A DNA stretch of 62,436 bases, the filler included, from Rhabdomonas costata (taxonomy: Eukaryota), in NCBI GenBank assembly GCA_019059605.1. It is 34 parts of 34 records of this genome, joined end to end, with 100 filler letters (N's around TTAATTAATTAA, not from the genome) between each part and the next. Parts side by side here need not be neighbours in the genome. Positions count along the whole stretch, not along the records: positions 1 to 1,740 come from JAHMHO010009790.1; positions 1,841 to 3,580 come from JAHMHO010009791.1; positions 3,681 to 5,418 come from JAHMHO010009792.1; positions 5,519 to 7,258 come from JAHMHO010009793.1; positions 7,359 to 9,097 come from JAHMHO010009794.1; positions 9,198 to 10,936 come from JAHMHO010009795.1; positions 11,037 to 12,775 come from JAHMHO010009796.1; 27 more parts are not named here. The stretch is one strand, 5' to 3'. This document shows positions 1-12,060 of this stretch, piece after piece. The first letter of the stretch is position 1. The number at the start of each line of letters is the position of its first letter. The notes below the pieces were generated by a model that was not told the origin of the DNA, ran no database searches, and saw only the letters and a list, made by a program, of their open reading frames with translations. A program made the position numbers and the translations under genes.

Positions 1-877
1 GGTGGGGGGTAAGCGTCTGTGGTACTTCAGCCCACAGCAGTTTTTCTGCTTTTTCTTGGGTGGTGTGAAATCCTTCTAAGAAAAAGGAAACCTGTTTCAC
101 AATTCTTCAACACAAGAAAATGCCATGCGAAGAATGATATTTATATCCCATCCGTACCATGGGCTTGGCGACGTTTTTATCAAAAATAAAATTGTGCGAA
201 ATTCATTTCTTGCAACGTTCGATTGAGGCAAATTGCTTCATTCGCACAATTTCTACACAGACGCAAACATGACAAACAAGAATGTTCATGGCAATGCATT
301 GTATCAATGCAGACAAGGACACAGTGCTGGAACACACATGAACACAGGGGGAAGCAAAAGGGAAAAGAAAAAGGAGGAAACGAGACGGGGAGACAAGGAA
401 CTGGGAAGCGGGCTAAATCACACAAACAATGAGACAAAGGGTGACCAGTCGGGAACAGAACCAGAAAGAGAATGTGGTCTAGTATAGAGAGGTGGTGGGC
501 GTGACGAGGGAGAGACCTCGGAGTGGATTAGAAAAACAGAGGGAGAAGCAGCGGAAGAGCATGATAATTTTTGGTGCAAAACGTGTACGTGCGTCGGTGG
601 AGCATCGGAAGAGGAACGTAGAGAAACGGAGAAAATACAAAAACGGAGGGAGAGGGACGGTTGCACTGCTAATTACCAGAATTTTGCATGCAAAAAAACG
701 ACGGCAAAAACGCAGGGGCGTTTCGCGTTTCGTTTGGAAGAAGTCGAGTCCTTCCGCATCCACTTTGGCTCGGCTTATTTAGTGGAGAGCCTGCAGAGCT
801 GTTCACCCCCAACGCACTTTGGGCTTGGAGTGGAGGACACCCCACCTACGGGACCCTTCCCCGAGGCTCTTCTCCAG

Positions 878-1674
878 GATGGGGCCTTGGTTCGCGCCTC
901 AGCCTTCGAGGGCAACACTCCTTTGCATGACGCCGCTATGGCTGGAAATGTGATGCTGTGCGGGTGTGTGGTCGTCTGTTTTTTCGCCCTTCGTGTTCTC
1001 AGATGTGTCCAGTCATTTTTGATTTTTGGGCCTTTCACTCGCTCACGCACACCTACACATGACCACCTTTGGAATTGTCTCGGACTGAAGACGCTCACTT
1101 GTGGTCTGGGTAATGATTATGCGGTGTTGTGTGTGGTGATAGAACTTTGTCCCCGTGGGCTGCTCTCTTTTCAGTATCGGATCCTTCTGCTGCCCTCCAG
1201 GTGGCCCAGCTAGGGAATCCACAGGGCACTTGGGGGGTGGGAGGTCGGTAAATGGCGGTGCAGCTGAATAAATGAAAATTCGGATTTGCGTGGTCGGTCG
1301 AGGTGTGCAGTGCGTTACGTTTCTGATTGCCTGCAGAGGCCTTCGGGCATTGGAGCCGATGCAGATAACGTGCTGCGGAGAGAAAGGCGATGACACCCAA
1401 AACAGTCAGCCCGAGATTAGTCGAAAAGTGATTTCCACTCCAAAATCCACTCCAAACCTGCTGGGAGTTCCTTCCCCTTCCCCATATATTGCGGAATGAT
1501 AATCTTATGGAGTATACAATGCATTTTTTTGCCAACTTGGGTTCTCGGTAGAGACTTGGGCATATGGTGTGTCCCAGGCGGCTGTGCAACTCCAAGAAGG
1601 GGTTGCTTCTGCAGCGGAATCACAGCGGGGGCACGCCTCTCCACGTCGCAGTGCAGGCCGACAAGCCCTTAGCA
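878..1674 (+). CDS. Ankyrin-repeat protein, internal fragment (exons 878-949, 1175-1200, 1578-1674)
   Basis: GT-AG splicing keeps the frame: DGALVRASAFEGNTPLHDAAMAGN/YRILLLPSR/RLCNSKKGLLLQRNHSGGTPLHVAVQADKPLA. Two GxTPLHxA ankyrin motifs. Confidence 0.8.
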
Positions 1675-1740
1675 GTGCGGTGCGGATCATGCGCATCCTC
1701 CAACTCCCTCCCCTTTCCTTTGCATTGCTCAGCAAACAAC

Positions 1741-1840
1741 NNNNNNNNNNNNNNNNNNNNNNNNNNNNNNNNNNNNNNNNNNNNTTAATTAATTAANNNN
1801 NNNNNNNNNNNNNNNNNNNNNNNNNNNNNNNNNNNNNNNN
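1741..1840. other. Artificial contig-joining spacer, N44-TTAATTAATTAA-N44; first of 33, last at 60593-60692
   Basis: Identical 100-nt spacer about every 1.84 kb. The central 12-mer gives stop codons in all six frames, and the flanking sequences are unrelated. Confidence 0.98.
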
Positions 1841-2577
1841 TTGTTGGGTATCTCGTTGTTGCGCATTGGGACACGAGTGGAACCGTGAGGGCAAGAGCAA
1901 CCTCAGCTTTGCGGTCTTGAGGGGCTCTCGTAACCAAAAGCTTCGGCGGGATTCCTCTTACTCCCCTTCAAGCCGCTCCAAATCCCAATTCGAGTAGGGC
2001 ACGCTGGCGCTGCGCTGACTAAGCAGGATGCTGGCCTTACCACCCATGGCCTCCTCCTTCCGCTCTCTTGCAGGCCGGTAGGCCTCCTAAATTCGTGGCC
2101 GGGTACTGCATAAGCTTCGACGCAAGCCCTGCCAGAAGCCCGCTCAGCAGCAGAGCCGGAACCCCAAGGATCTCTCCCATCTCCTCTCGTGGTGGCTCGC
2201 AGCGTCCCCGACCCAATCCATAGGCTTCGGCCCCTAAATCCTTCGCCTGCTGAAATACATCTTCCCGCTCGCGAAATTTCCCTGGTTTAAGGTAAAGGAG
2301 GAGAACGTTCCCGCAGCGCGGCCTGTGTGGGCGGCTAAGTTGTGTCGTCCCGTCGTGGCGGCTTTTCCGTGTTCAGCATCGCTCAGCGTCTACGGGAAGG
2401 GGGGATTTGTGTTTGGATGGGTAAGTTGTGCCAACTACCTCGGAATGCATTTCAGATTATTGTTGTTCTACCCCCCGGATCGACAGAAATATAAAACAAA
2501 ATGACCGTTTTGGCACTGCTGAGCGCTTAGCCCCCCCTCCCCTCCCCAAAAAAGTGCAATATAGCAGCCTTTGTTGG

Positions 2578-2675
2578 CGGGGGATGGGGGGGGGGCTTGG
2601 TTAGCTTTGCAGGGGCGTGTGTAACTTGTTAACCTTAACCAGTGATAACTGCTAACGCCCCCCCCCTCCATCCTC
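2578..2675. repeat. Imperfect inverted repeat of about 100 bp with G-run/C-run arms; putative small MITE
   Basis: GGGGATGGGGGGGGGGCTTGGTTAGC pairs with GCTAACGCCCCCCCCTCCATCCTCC. The core resembles 42452-42563. Confidence 0.4.
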
Positions 2676-2820
2676 CAAGATCCATTGGTCCACAGTGAGC
2701 TGTGTTGGTTTACACATGGTTTACACATGGTTTGCACATCTGGTGTGAGAGCAGCACTTTCTCGTCTGGTTCATTGTCACGTCTCACGAAAACTTCTGGG
2801 GGGGGGGGCGCATGGTTTAG

Positions 2821-3577
2821 GCCCCTGTGGTGCTGGAGTGGCCCATCGCAGAGCAGAGCCCGGGCTCTTTCCTGATGTGTGTGGGCACTGAGGGCAACCC
2901 CGGTCGCAGTGCCCTCACCGAGGCCACTGTGCTGGCTCAGGGCTACTACCATGGCGCCCCAGTCGCCAAGGTGTCTTTCCCTTGTGCCTTGTTTTAGAAA
3001 TGGGTTGATGGTGTCGCTCGTTCCACCTCTTCCTCTCCATTTCTGCTTCTGCGGATACCACAAGCGCTGTGTGGAATCTGACGATAACAGCTCGCAGATG
3101 ATTCCCTTGTTTTATCTATTTCTAAGGGTCATGACACCGGGGCTGCTGTTTTTTGTATGTTGGTGAGGGGGCGTGAACAATTACCACCAGCTAAATTGTA
3201 TTAGTTTTTTTAAACTTTAAAAGTTGGCATCTAGGGGCAGTAGAGCAGATTTGAGTGTTTGCGCTTTGCATCAAGAATTCTTGCTTTTGAAATGAAACCA
3301 CATTATTTGAGTGAATGTGTATGTGTGGTGATTTCATTGTGGGTTGGCATGATGACTGTGATTTGTGGAATGCTAAGTGATGCACATGCTATTTACTTGT
3401 AGTCAGTTCACAATCGACCCAAAACCTTTTACTGCAGCCTAAAAGAAAGTCCTCCTTCATTCCTCCTTCCGTGTCCCTGTTGGATCAGGTTCTGCTGAAC
3501 CCCAAGTCAGGCCGGCGCCATCAGCTCCGTGTGCATTGCTTGCACTGGGGTCACCCCATTGTCGGAGATTACACACC
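2821..3577 (+). CDS. RluA-family pseudouridine synthase (RPUSD1-like), fragment (exons 2821-2970, 3489-contig end)
   Basis: Spliced translation ...GRSALTEATVLAQGYYHGAPVAK/VLLNPKSGRRHQLRVHCLHWGHPIVGDYT matches the RluA motif TGRxHQxRVH...GHPxVGD. GT-AG intron 2971-3488. Confidence 0.88.
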
Positions 3578-3771
3578 ACCNNNNNNNNNNNNNNNNNNNN
3601 NNNNNNNNNNNNNNNNNNNNNNNNTTAATTAATTAANNNNNNNNNNNNNNNNNNNNNNNNNNNNNNNNNNNNNNNNNNNNGTGTTTTGTTTTCCCGCATT
3701 GGACTGTCCTTGAGAGCTGGCATAAGGAGGGAGGCTGGCTGTTTTCTTGTTCTTTTCTGTTTTTGTTTCAG

Positions 3772-4245
3772 TGAGCGTGTTCATTCCAAAAGACCGGGTC
3801 ACGAAGGTTCATGAGGGCTTCGCGTTTGTCGAGTTCAAAGGAGAGGAGGACGCAGACTACGCGATGAAAATCATGAACATGATTAAGCTTTACGGTTTCG
3901 CCCCACAACACACACAGAGCGGTTTCCCCACAACAGAGCGTTTCGGTTTTGGCCTTGCCCCGCTTGCCCCGCTTGGATGGAGTCAATTTGCAAATGTCGT
4001 TCAATAGCTGTGTTCAGCAGATTTGAGCTTTCAGTTTTTATTGGTCCTTCATTTGTCGTCGTCATTGAATGGGAACGTCGTTTCTTTCTAAAGGAAAACC
4101 CATTCGTGTGAACAAGGCCAACCAGGACAGACGGGTCATGGATGTTGGAGCTAACTTGTTTATTGGGAACTTGGACCCTGACTGCGACGAAAAGGTCATT
4201 TACGACACCTTTTCCGCGTTCGGCACCATAATCAACACCCCAAAG
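3772..4245 (+). CDS. SF3B4: Splicing factor 3B subunit 4 (SAP49), RRM1-RRM2 fragment (exons 3772-3894, 4094-4245)
   Basis: PKDRVT...[35 protein letters not shown]...[28 protein letters not shown] is diagnostic. Phase-1 GT-AG intron. Confidence 0.95.
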
Positions 4246-7200
4246 GTGACCCTATGCTTCCTTTTCTTCCAACTGCTTGTGGAAAGACACGCATTACCGC
4301 TTGTTTTTCGGGGTTCTGTTGACTTGCATTTGCTACTGTTGGCATTAACAAGGGGCTTGCACTATGAAAAGGCTCCATGTGCATTTTTTTTTGGGGGGGG
4401 GGCGCCAAAGCCCTTTCGCAATATTGCGTCCCTACCTCATCCGCTCCACACTGCGACCTTGCCTTCGTTCAAAACCAAACCTGTTGCCTAAGCTTCATAT
4501 GGTTCACTCCAGCTCCCGCAGCAACGAAACCCGGGACAGGGGTCGACAGGAGAGGGCAGCTGCCGTTTGATGCCTGAGCGAGATCGCTCTCCTTCCCTCC
4601 CTCCCTTTTCCCGTGTTTGCTGGCGCACCAGGTTTGGACGAGGAACACCGGCCCGCCCACAAATCACCCCATGGGGTTATGGGCAGGGCTGCAAAAAAAA
4701 CAGTTTTTATTGTAACCAAAGATCTGTTTTTTATCATATCCTATTTTCCTTTGAAGATGCTCTCCAGGGATAAGAGGGACAAGAGGTTAACGATGTGCGG
4801 TCACCCCTCGCAAACAAGCCTCGCTGAGACGTTGCAGGACGCTTGCACACATGTGCCGCCCCGACCCCTTCACAGGACCCATTGTAGCCGCACGCCCACA
4901 CGCTGCAGCAATCCAACCCCTTCCGTTTTATATCTCAGCATGACCTTGGCTTTCTCAAACAACACACGCATGTACCCATGCTGCCCTCCCCATGTAATGT
5001 ACCTCATATAAACCCTTGAACACTTTCGGCTGTGCGCTGCACATTCACACCCGTGGTTGCTTCTTTCTTGCTGGGCAAAACGGGAGTTCTCGGACAAAAA
5101 CATAAAAATTAATGACCATGATTACAACCATGTTGTCTGATTACAACCATGTCTTCATTTTACAAGGCCTTTGAAACCGGAAGTGAAACCGGTTGTAAAA
5201 AATCTCCACAAAAATATCCATCACAAAGAGCGGTCTCCGAGATTTCGTTGCCGAGATTCACTATATTTGCTCCCTGTTGCTCCATTTAACTCCAGTTAAC
5301 TCCATTTGGGGTGGGTCTAAAACGCCCTGCGTGCCGTCACGTCATCGTTTTCGGCACAGCCATTCTTTCATTCTTTAATCCTTTCAGTTCCGTATAACCA
5401 CAAAACCCACCCACCACANNNNNNNNNNNNNNNNNNNNNNNNNNNNNNNNNNNNNNNNNNNNTTAATTAATTAANNNNNNNNNNNNNNNNNNNNNNNNNN
5501 NNNNNNNNNNNNNNNNNNGTTTGGGACAGGTGAACCGCAACAGCTCCCACCTGGTGAAACCTAAGTCGGGACACATGCTGTAAGATGCTGATACCAGAGC
5601 AGAGACTACTATCAAGAGGTAGGAGGAGCGTAAGAAGCTCGGCAGATAGTCTGCATGTGAAAGCAGGTTCTAAATAGCTTAAAACAAATGTCCATCGTCA
5701 GGCTCGCGTCTGTAAGAGGAATCGGAAGCACTTGTTCACAGTTACCTCCAGCAAAATTTCAAGTGTGAAAGGTCGGATCCACCATCTCAACAATGCGAAT
5801 TCAAGGAATATATAACAGACATATTACAACGTGTTTTTGAGCCACACCGCCAACATCGTTTGCAAATGTACTTTGAAGTATTTTGAAGGTTCCACTGATG
5901 CAATACGGCTGAGGTGCACCAGTTTTTTTCTGCTGCGTGTTCATCTGTCAAAGGCGGTTTTCTTGCGATAGCTTGATTTTGTAACTATGTGCGGCATTCT
6001 TGGCGTTTGATTTCTTTCGAGCTTTTGTGTTTCTCTAGTTCGCGCGCATTGTCTCACACGCTTGCATCCATTTTTGTTTTTTCTATTTATTCTAATTCTT
6101 TTGCAAGACGTTTTTTCTTCCTATAGCACGCTACACCGTAAACTCGGAACATATTCTTTTTAGCATCAGCATCACGAAAACGTTTAAAACATATCGAATG
6201 CACCGAAACAAGCCTAGCAAAATTTTAAATCGTGAAATTCTGAGCTTCTGGATGTAATTACATTAGCGCGTTTTAATAATTACCAGAGACATTAGATAGC
6301 AAGCTTATCCTGCCTTCTTTATTGTCAAAAATATCCATGCTCGTTTCCCAAGATAGGAGCTTTTGCTCCAGCCACTGTGATTTTTGTGATTTATGCGTGA
6401 TTTATGAGTGTATGCTTAAGGACAAAAATTGCTGATAGTACCGCAATTTTCCTTGAAAAAGAAGGACAAATGGAGATAGAATGTTGGCAAAAGTTGGAGG
6501 TTGGTTTAATTGCTTAATTTGCGCTTTTTGATCTTTGTGTGCGAGCGTTAATGTAGCATCGAACGTAACACACACAAATCCACGTAGACGTTAGGACAAA
6601 GCTGAAGATGACTCCACAAACACTTCCCCCTCACAGCCTTAATCACCTATGTATCTTCCGCATTTTCTCTACACTACCTGGTTTCGCTACATTTACTTCC
6701 GCACTCGAATACCGAATTTGGTTACCTTTTTTCTCATGGTAGTTCTACATTTTGCAAGTATCGCAGTTAGATGTCTCGTGTATCATTTTCTATTTTCTAT
6801 TTGCATAATCACGTTTCTGCGTATCTTTGCAGACACTAATCACATGAATTGCTTCCTTCAGAACTTTAATGGCCATAATATCATAAAATCAATGAAATAA
6901 GCAGGTTACAAAAGTGTGGCACAGAAAGACACAAATTTATAAAGAAAGTGAATCAAATACATGAAAATGGACAGTAAAAATGCAAATATTTTCAACGCAA
7001 GGCATCAGTGTGTGTCGAATGTGTACATGTTATGTCTTACTGTTTTTTATGATTCACTTGCTGTACTACTATTCTGAGGCTATGCTTTAAAAAAACGTTC
7101 TTAACGGCCTTTCAACTCGCACTTTTCAGCTGTGTGAACAATAGGACAGGTTTTGAGACTAAATTTACCAGTAACGTCTTGCACTAGCAGTTGTTTACGC

Positions 7201-8041
7201 AAGAAAATTTCACATTAAATTGATAACACCAAGATTCAAAAATATCCCCCAACCCAACNNNNNNNNNNNNNNNNNNNNNNNNNNNNNNNNNNNNNNNNNN
7301 NNTTAATTAATTAANNNNNNNNNNNNNNNNNNNNNNNNNNNNNNNNNNNNNNNNNNNNTTTTGTTTTTTTAGAACTGGTGCTGTGTTTCCGCGGATGTGT
7401 ATGTTCTGGAGTGGTTTGTTTTGTATCCGCGGCAAGGGATGTGTTTTGTTGGCTCTTTGTTCCCTCCATTTGGATGGGCAAATCACTGTACCTCATTGTG
7501 TTTTCCTCTGAGAGTTTCGGTGGTGAAGGCAGATGGCTTTCCCTGTCGATTGCACTATTCTTGTGATGCTTAATATCAGCGAAAGTCGAGAACTCGTGAA
7601 AACGTGTAAGCCACAACGCCAATGTTTTTGCCACTTTTTTTCTCGCAACTGATTTTTTTCTGTGGATCCTTATTTTCCTCCTTACGAGATTGCTAACCCG
7701 AGGAGAACGTCCCAGCAAACCGTCGTCAGCCACTTTGTCATGTTCTGTTCTGTTTTCTTAGGAAGTTTCTTTTGTGACATCGAGGCTGTTATTTTCCCGT
7801 GCTTCTCTGCTGGAATTCGCTGTTCTCCGGCGCAATTGGCTCCCCCACCCCCTTGAACACATCCTCCCCAACCTCGCCCAAACAGCAGCCACTGATAACC
7901 CTCCGCGGCCGCTGCAACAGAGGAAATTGGAGTGATAATAATTTTGCACCTTTGCATTAATATTTTTTTTTGGACAAGCGGTAGCCAAACTCTTGCGACA
8001 ATACTCACAAACCTTCACCTCTTCGGTACATCTCAACAAAG

Positions 8042-9097
8042 ATGCCCCACAGCCCGTCGTCCAAGCTCCGCTGCTCCCCACTGCGCCGCACGGACTGTAG
8101 CCGCTGCCCTTCCCTCTTCCGCCGCCTCAGGCGGTGCCAGCTCCCCATTTGGGTGCTTCTGGTGAGCCTGTCCACGTTCTCCCTCGTCGTGGTTGGGGCG
8201 CTGTCGTTTGGACTGTCCCAGCTGTGGGGTGGGCAGGCCATCGACTTTGTCGCGGTGAAGTACCGGGAGCTCGCGTGCACCACAGTGCAGGGCCGGGTTG
8301 TGGACTTCCTGTCCGAGGTCAAGGCCACGGCGAGGCAGCTGGCGGTGTACGCCGCACTATCCCCAGTGGGCCCAGGTATTTCTCCTCGTCTCCTGTCCAA
8401 ATCTCCCCAGAGCTGTCTTAAGATTTTCTTTTGCATTGCATCATCCCTCTGTCGTATCAAAAGCCAGTGAGTAGGAAAAAGTACGAAAGGCGGTCTCGTA
8501 AGAAGCAAAAGTGTATCTACGATTCAGTTCAAATCAGAACTCACGGGGTACGGTTGAGTAAGGTAAGCTCGCGTAGTGCTGCTGAGTTTTTTTATTCTAT
8601 TGGTCTGTGGGTGCACTTCAATCGATTCGGGTTCGTGGCACGGGTCACGGCTTTGGCGATGGGCTATACAGCACCACCAGGCGGTCCCCGAACGGGCTCA
8701 AGAGAGTTCTTCCCCGAGGCACAAGTGGGCCGCCGGCACCCCTTTGTTCTCTTGGGTGCAGGCAACTGTTCCCATGGACCCAAGCGAGAATGAAAGCAAG
8801 GGTCGCTTCGGGACTTGGCAAGTCAGCTGGCAGCAATCCGCACGGGAACACAGTTCCTACTGAAGCAAAAATCATTTGGATACGTGAAGAAAGTGAAAAC
8901 ATTCCCTCCTGAAAAAGCTCTCGAAAAAAACGAAGTACCTTGTTGTGCCATCAATGCTTCCGTGCCCTTGTTCACGATACTTCATTGCTCCTTTTCGTTT
9001 TTCATAGAGATATCACGCTCATCGGAGCTCCGCAAGCTAATCCTCACCCGGATGATCTCCATTCAACACCTTTGCCCGCAGTGCAGTGGGGCCACGG
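8042..9097 (+). CDS. Membrane-anchored receptor-like protein, N-terminal part (exons 8042-8375, 9008-contig end)
   Basis: ATG downstream of a T-rich tract, then a hydrophobic helix IWVLLVSLSTFSLVVVGALSFGL and a long amphipathic helix typical of Cache sensor starts. Phase-1 GT-AG intron keeps the frame. Confidence 0.55.
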
Positions 9098-9197
9098 NNN
9101 NNNNNNNNNNNNNNNNNNNNNNNNNNNNNNNNNNNNNNNNNTTAATTAATTAANNNNNNNNNNNNNNNNNNNNNNNNNNNNNNNNNNNNNNNNNNNN

Positions 9198-9800
9198 GGT
9201 GGTGTTTTTAGTTGCGTGTCAAGATGGTGCGGTTGTGTCAGCGTCTCCTGTTGTTGTATCTACGGTGGTGTCAGCGTCTGGTGTGGTTCCTGCTGTCGGT
9301 GTTGCTTCCTCTGTTCTGTGTACTAATGTGGTAATTCCTGCTGTGTATACTGCGTGTTTCCAGATATTAATGGGTGGTGTTGGTGCCGTGGGTGTGGATG
9401 CTGTTTCCCTTGATGGTATTCGTGCGCGGTGTTGCCTCTACCGTGTGCCTTTGTTCTCCTTCTGAATCTGTGTGTGGTTCCTGTTGACGTCTATGGCTAC
9501 GTTGTGTCTTCGTGTTGCCATGCTGTGTATGCTGCTTCTGATGGTGATGCTTGCTATTTGTTGCGATCTCTGCAGATGTGTGGCGGTGACTCTGGCTCTC
9601 GTGTGACTCTCGACATCTATGCTGTACCCACTCCTCATGCTGACTCTATGCGTATTCCTGCTGCTTTTGTGGTTCTTCTTGCTGCCTTTTTTCGTGTTGG
9701 TGGCATTGTTCTCTGTGTGGGTTCTGCGCTTCAGTTACCAGACCCTGTTGTTACTGTGTTGGTTCCTTCTCTGGCGTTGATGCTGCGTGTGTTCTGACTC
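9198..9800 (-). mobile_element. Possible decayed non-LTR retrotransposon (AP-endonuclease-like) remnant
   Basis: Strong A/C skew on the minus strand. Broken frames with weak resemblance to APE motifs (SINARE, GVGTA, VAIDVN). Confidence 0.25.
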
Positions 9801-10752
9801 TGACGCCACTGCCAGGTTCCTGCTTCCATGATGTGGACCTCTGATACCTCTGATGCGTTATCATCATGCCGATAGGCGCAACCATACAGAGTCAGAGCGT
9901 AACCAGATGACAAAGATGCGATCCATTCCATTGACGTGATTCTGTGTGGTGATGTGGAAGTGGCGACGATGGTGACTCCTACTCCTACCGCTTCTTCGAC
10001 ACTGATTCCTACGCTGGTATCTACACCTGATGCTACAACAGAGGCCCCCTACCAGCACCGCTGTTCCTGCCATCATTCATATCCTTGCTGCCATTTCTTC
10101 TTCTTATGCAACGATGATGGTTGAATTCCTTTCTTCAATGTTGGCGTTTCTGAAGGCCGGCGCGTCGTGATGATGGAACGGTATTGAGGCCCGGAGTTTA
10201 AAAAGGGAACCCATTGGCATGACCAACGTGAAAGTGGAGAGTGACAGGACAGTGCTTTGGCAAGACTCTTGCGTTCCTACTTCGCTTTCGTCGCTACCTC
10301 CATTCTGTTACGGGCATGCCGCCTTTACATCCGTTACGGTGCCGGGCCCGACGACGATGGTAGAAATCCGCCTTTGGAGGCAAAGAGGTTGAAATCGGGA
10401 TTCCGGACGTGATCGGCATAAAAAGTGTTTAACTTACGCTTCGTGCCTCCTTCTATGCCGCGTGCCTCGACCAATGCTCCGATTCCAAACCGGAAGCAAA
10501 GGCAAGACCGAGGGTGTATTGATGACCTTCTATCGCTGATTTTATCTACTGCGGCATGTCTTCGTGACCTTTGGGCGGTTCAGGCGGGCCGGTTTGACGG
10601 CGGAAGCGTTGGTGGGGGAGGGATTGTCGTGAAAATGATACCCCTTGGTCCCAACGTCCCGTTGGGTTTTCCTGTTGAAACTATGTGGTCAATCACGAAT
10701 ATGAGGTAATTTGGTGGCAATAGCGTGGGCACACAGGACAAGTTGGTGCGGT

Positions 10753-10781
10753 GCTTTGCTTTGCTTTGCTTTGCTTTGCTT
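10753..10781 (+). repeat. (GCTTT)n pentanucleotide microsatellite
   Basis: About 6 near-perfect units read directly. Confidence 0.85.
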
Positions 10782-11778
10782 TCCCAGTTTGCGGATCTTT
10801 TTCGGGAAGCGACAGCCAAACTGATTGGGTCCAAGTTAAAGTATCGCTCGGAATAAGCCTGTCTGTGCCACATTTTTTCGAAGAAAGCCACGACCGATGG
10901 CCGGCATGGTCTCCAGGGGCCAAAACTGAAGGAATTNNNNNNNNNNNNNNNNNNNNNNNNNNNNNNNNNNNNNNNNNNNNTTAATTAATTAANNNNNNNN
11001 NNNNNNNNNNNNNNNNNNNNNNNNNNNNNNNNNNNNGTTTGTGTGGAATGAGCGAAATGAAAAAACTTGATGGTTGCCCGTTTCGGTGGTGTGAGGGACG
11101 GGCCACAAAACGGGGCTTGAAAAAGTGAACGAAGTAACCTGGTGAGGACGGAAGAAGACGATGAAGCGAAGAGTCGAAGAATTGAATATGACCTCCAGTG
11201 GTGGTTGGGTTTTATGGCAAATAAGTGAGGTTTGCCCCAGGACTTGACAGTTTCAGGGCTCGTGGCGGACAGATGGCGCACATGTTGCTTAGGACGCGAA
11301 GCATCTGATGCACGGTGCTTTTAAGGTTGTGGGGGGAGGGCTGACGGTCACCACCGGCAACCGTTACCAGTGGTAAACACTTTTTATTTGGGAAAATACT
11401 AGAAAATCGTGAATGGCCCCAGGTCACGTTCTCGCCCGGGCCGCCCACTCCGGCCGAGTCACGGACTGCCCTGCGTTGCTGCTACGCGGTCTTCACCTCA
11501 ACTAATGCTGTCCTACTCATCTGTTCGAATCTCAGAGCAGGCTGTAGATGACAGCTGCTGAGCAAAAGAACTCATCTAGAGAGCACTGGTTCCATTAACT
11601 TAACCCCCTTGCGCTGAAATGAAGTCGTTTCGAGGGTGCTGGCATGTTTTCTGTTAACCTTTTTTTTCTTCGCTTTACAGCTTTTAAAAGCAGTTTTCTG
11701 TCACCACTAGAATAGGTGACCCCCTCCCAAACCTTTATTGAGCCTTTTGGACACTCTTGGCATTGCCTTTTGTCACAG

Positions 11779-12060
11779 TACCCCGTGTCGATGGCCTTAA
11801 CCACCCTGCCTGTGCAAGGCACTCTTCTCCTCGACGGGGTGCCCGTGACCAGCCTGGTACCTGCGCTGCACCAAGTCGTGCAGTGGGTTTCTGGGGTGCT
11901 GGAGGTGAGCTCACAGTTCCCCGGGAGGAATGGGAGGTACGCCGGGCAGAACGTGGTGGGACCCCAGACGGACACCTCGTACGGCGACCACACCGATTCG
12001 TGGTGCGCAGCAACCCCGAACAACTACTGCGTCAGCCGAGGCACCGACATCTTCTTCACG
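11779..12060 (+). CDS. Exon of an extracellular-type protein with an F5/8-type-C/pappalysin-SD-like motif
   Basis: AG/GT-bounded 282-nt exon. QWVSGVLEVSSQF...YAGQNVVGPQTDTSYGDHTDSW resembles the QWxxxVxxxSSQ...YGD...W motif. Confidence 0.6.
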
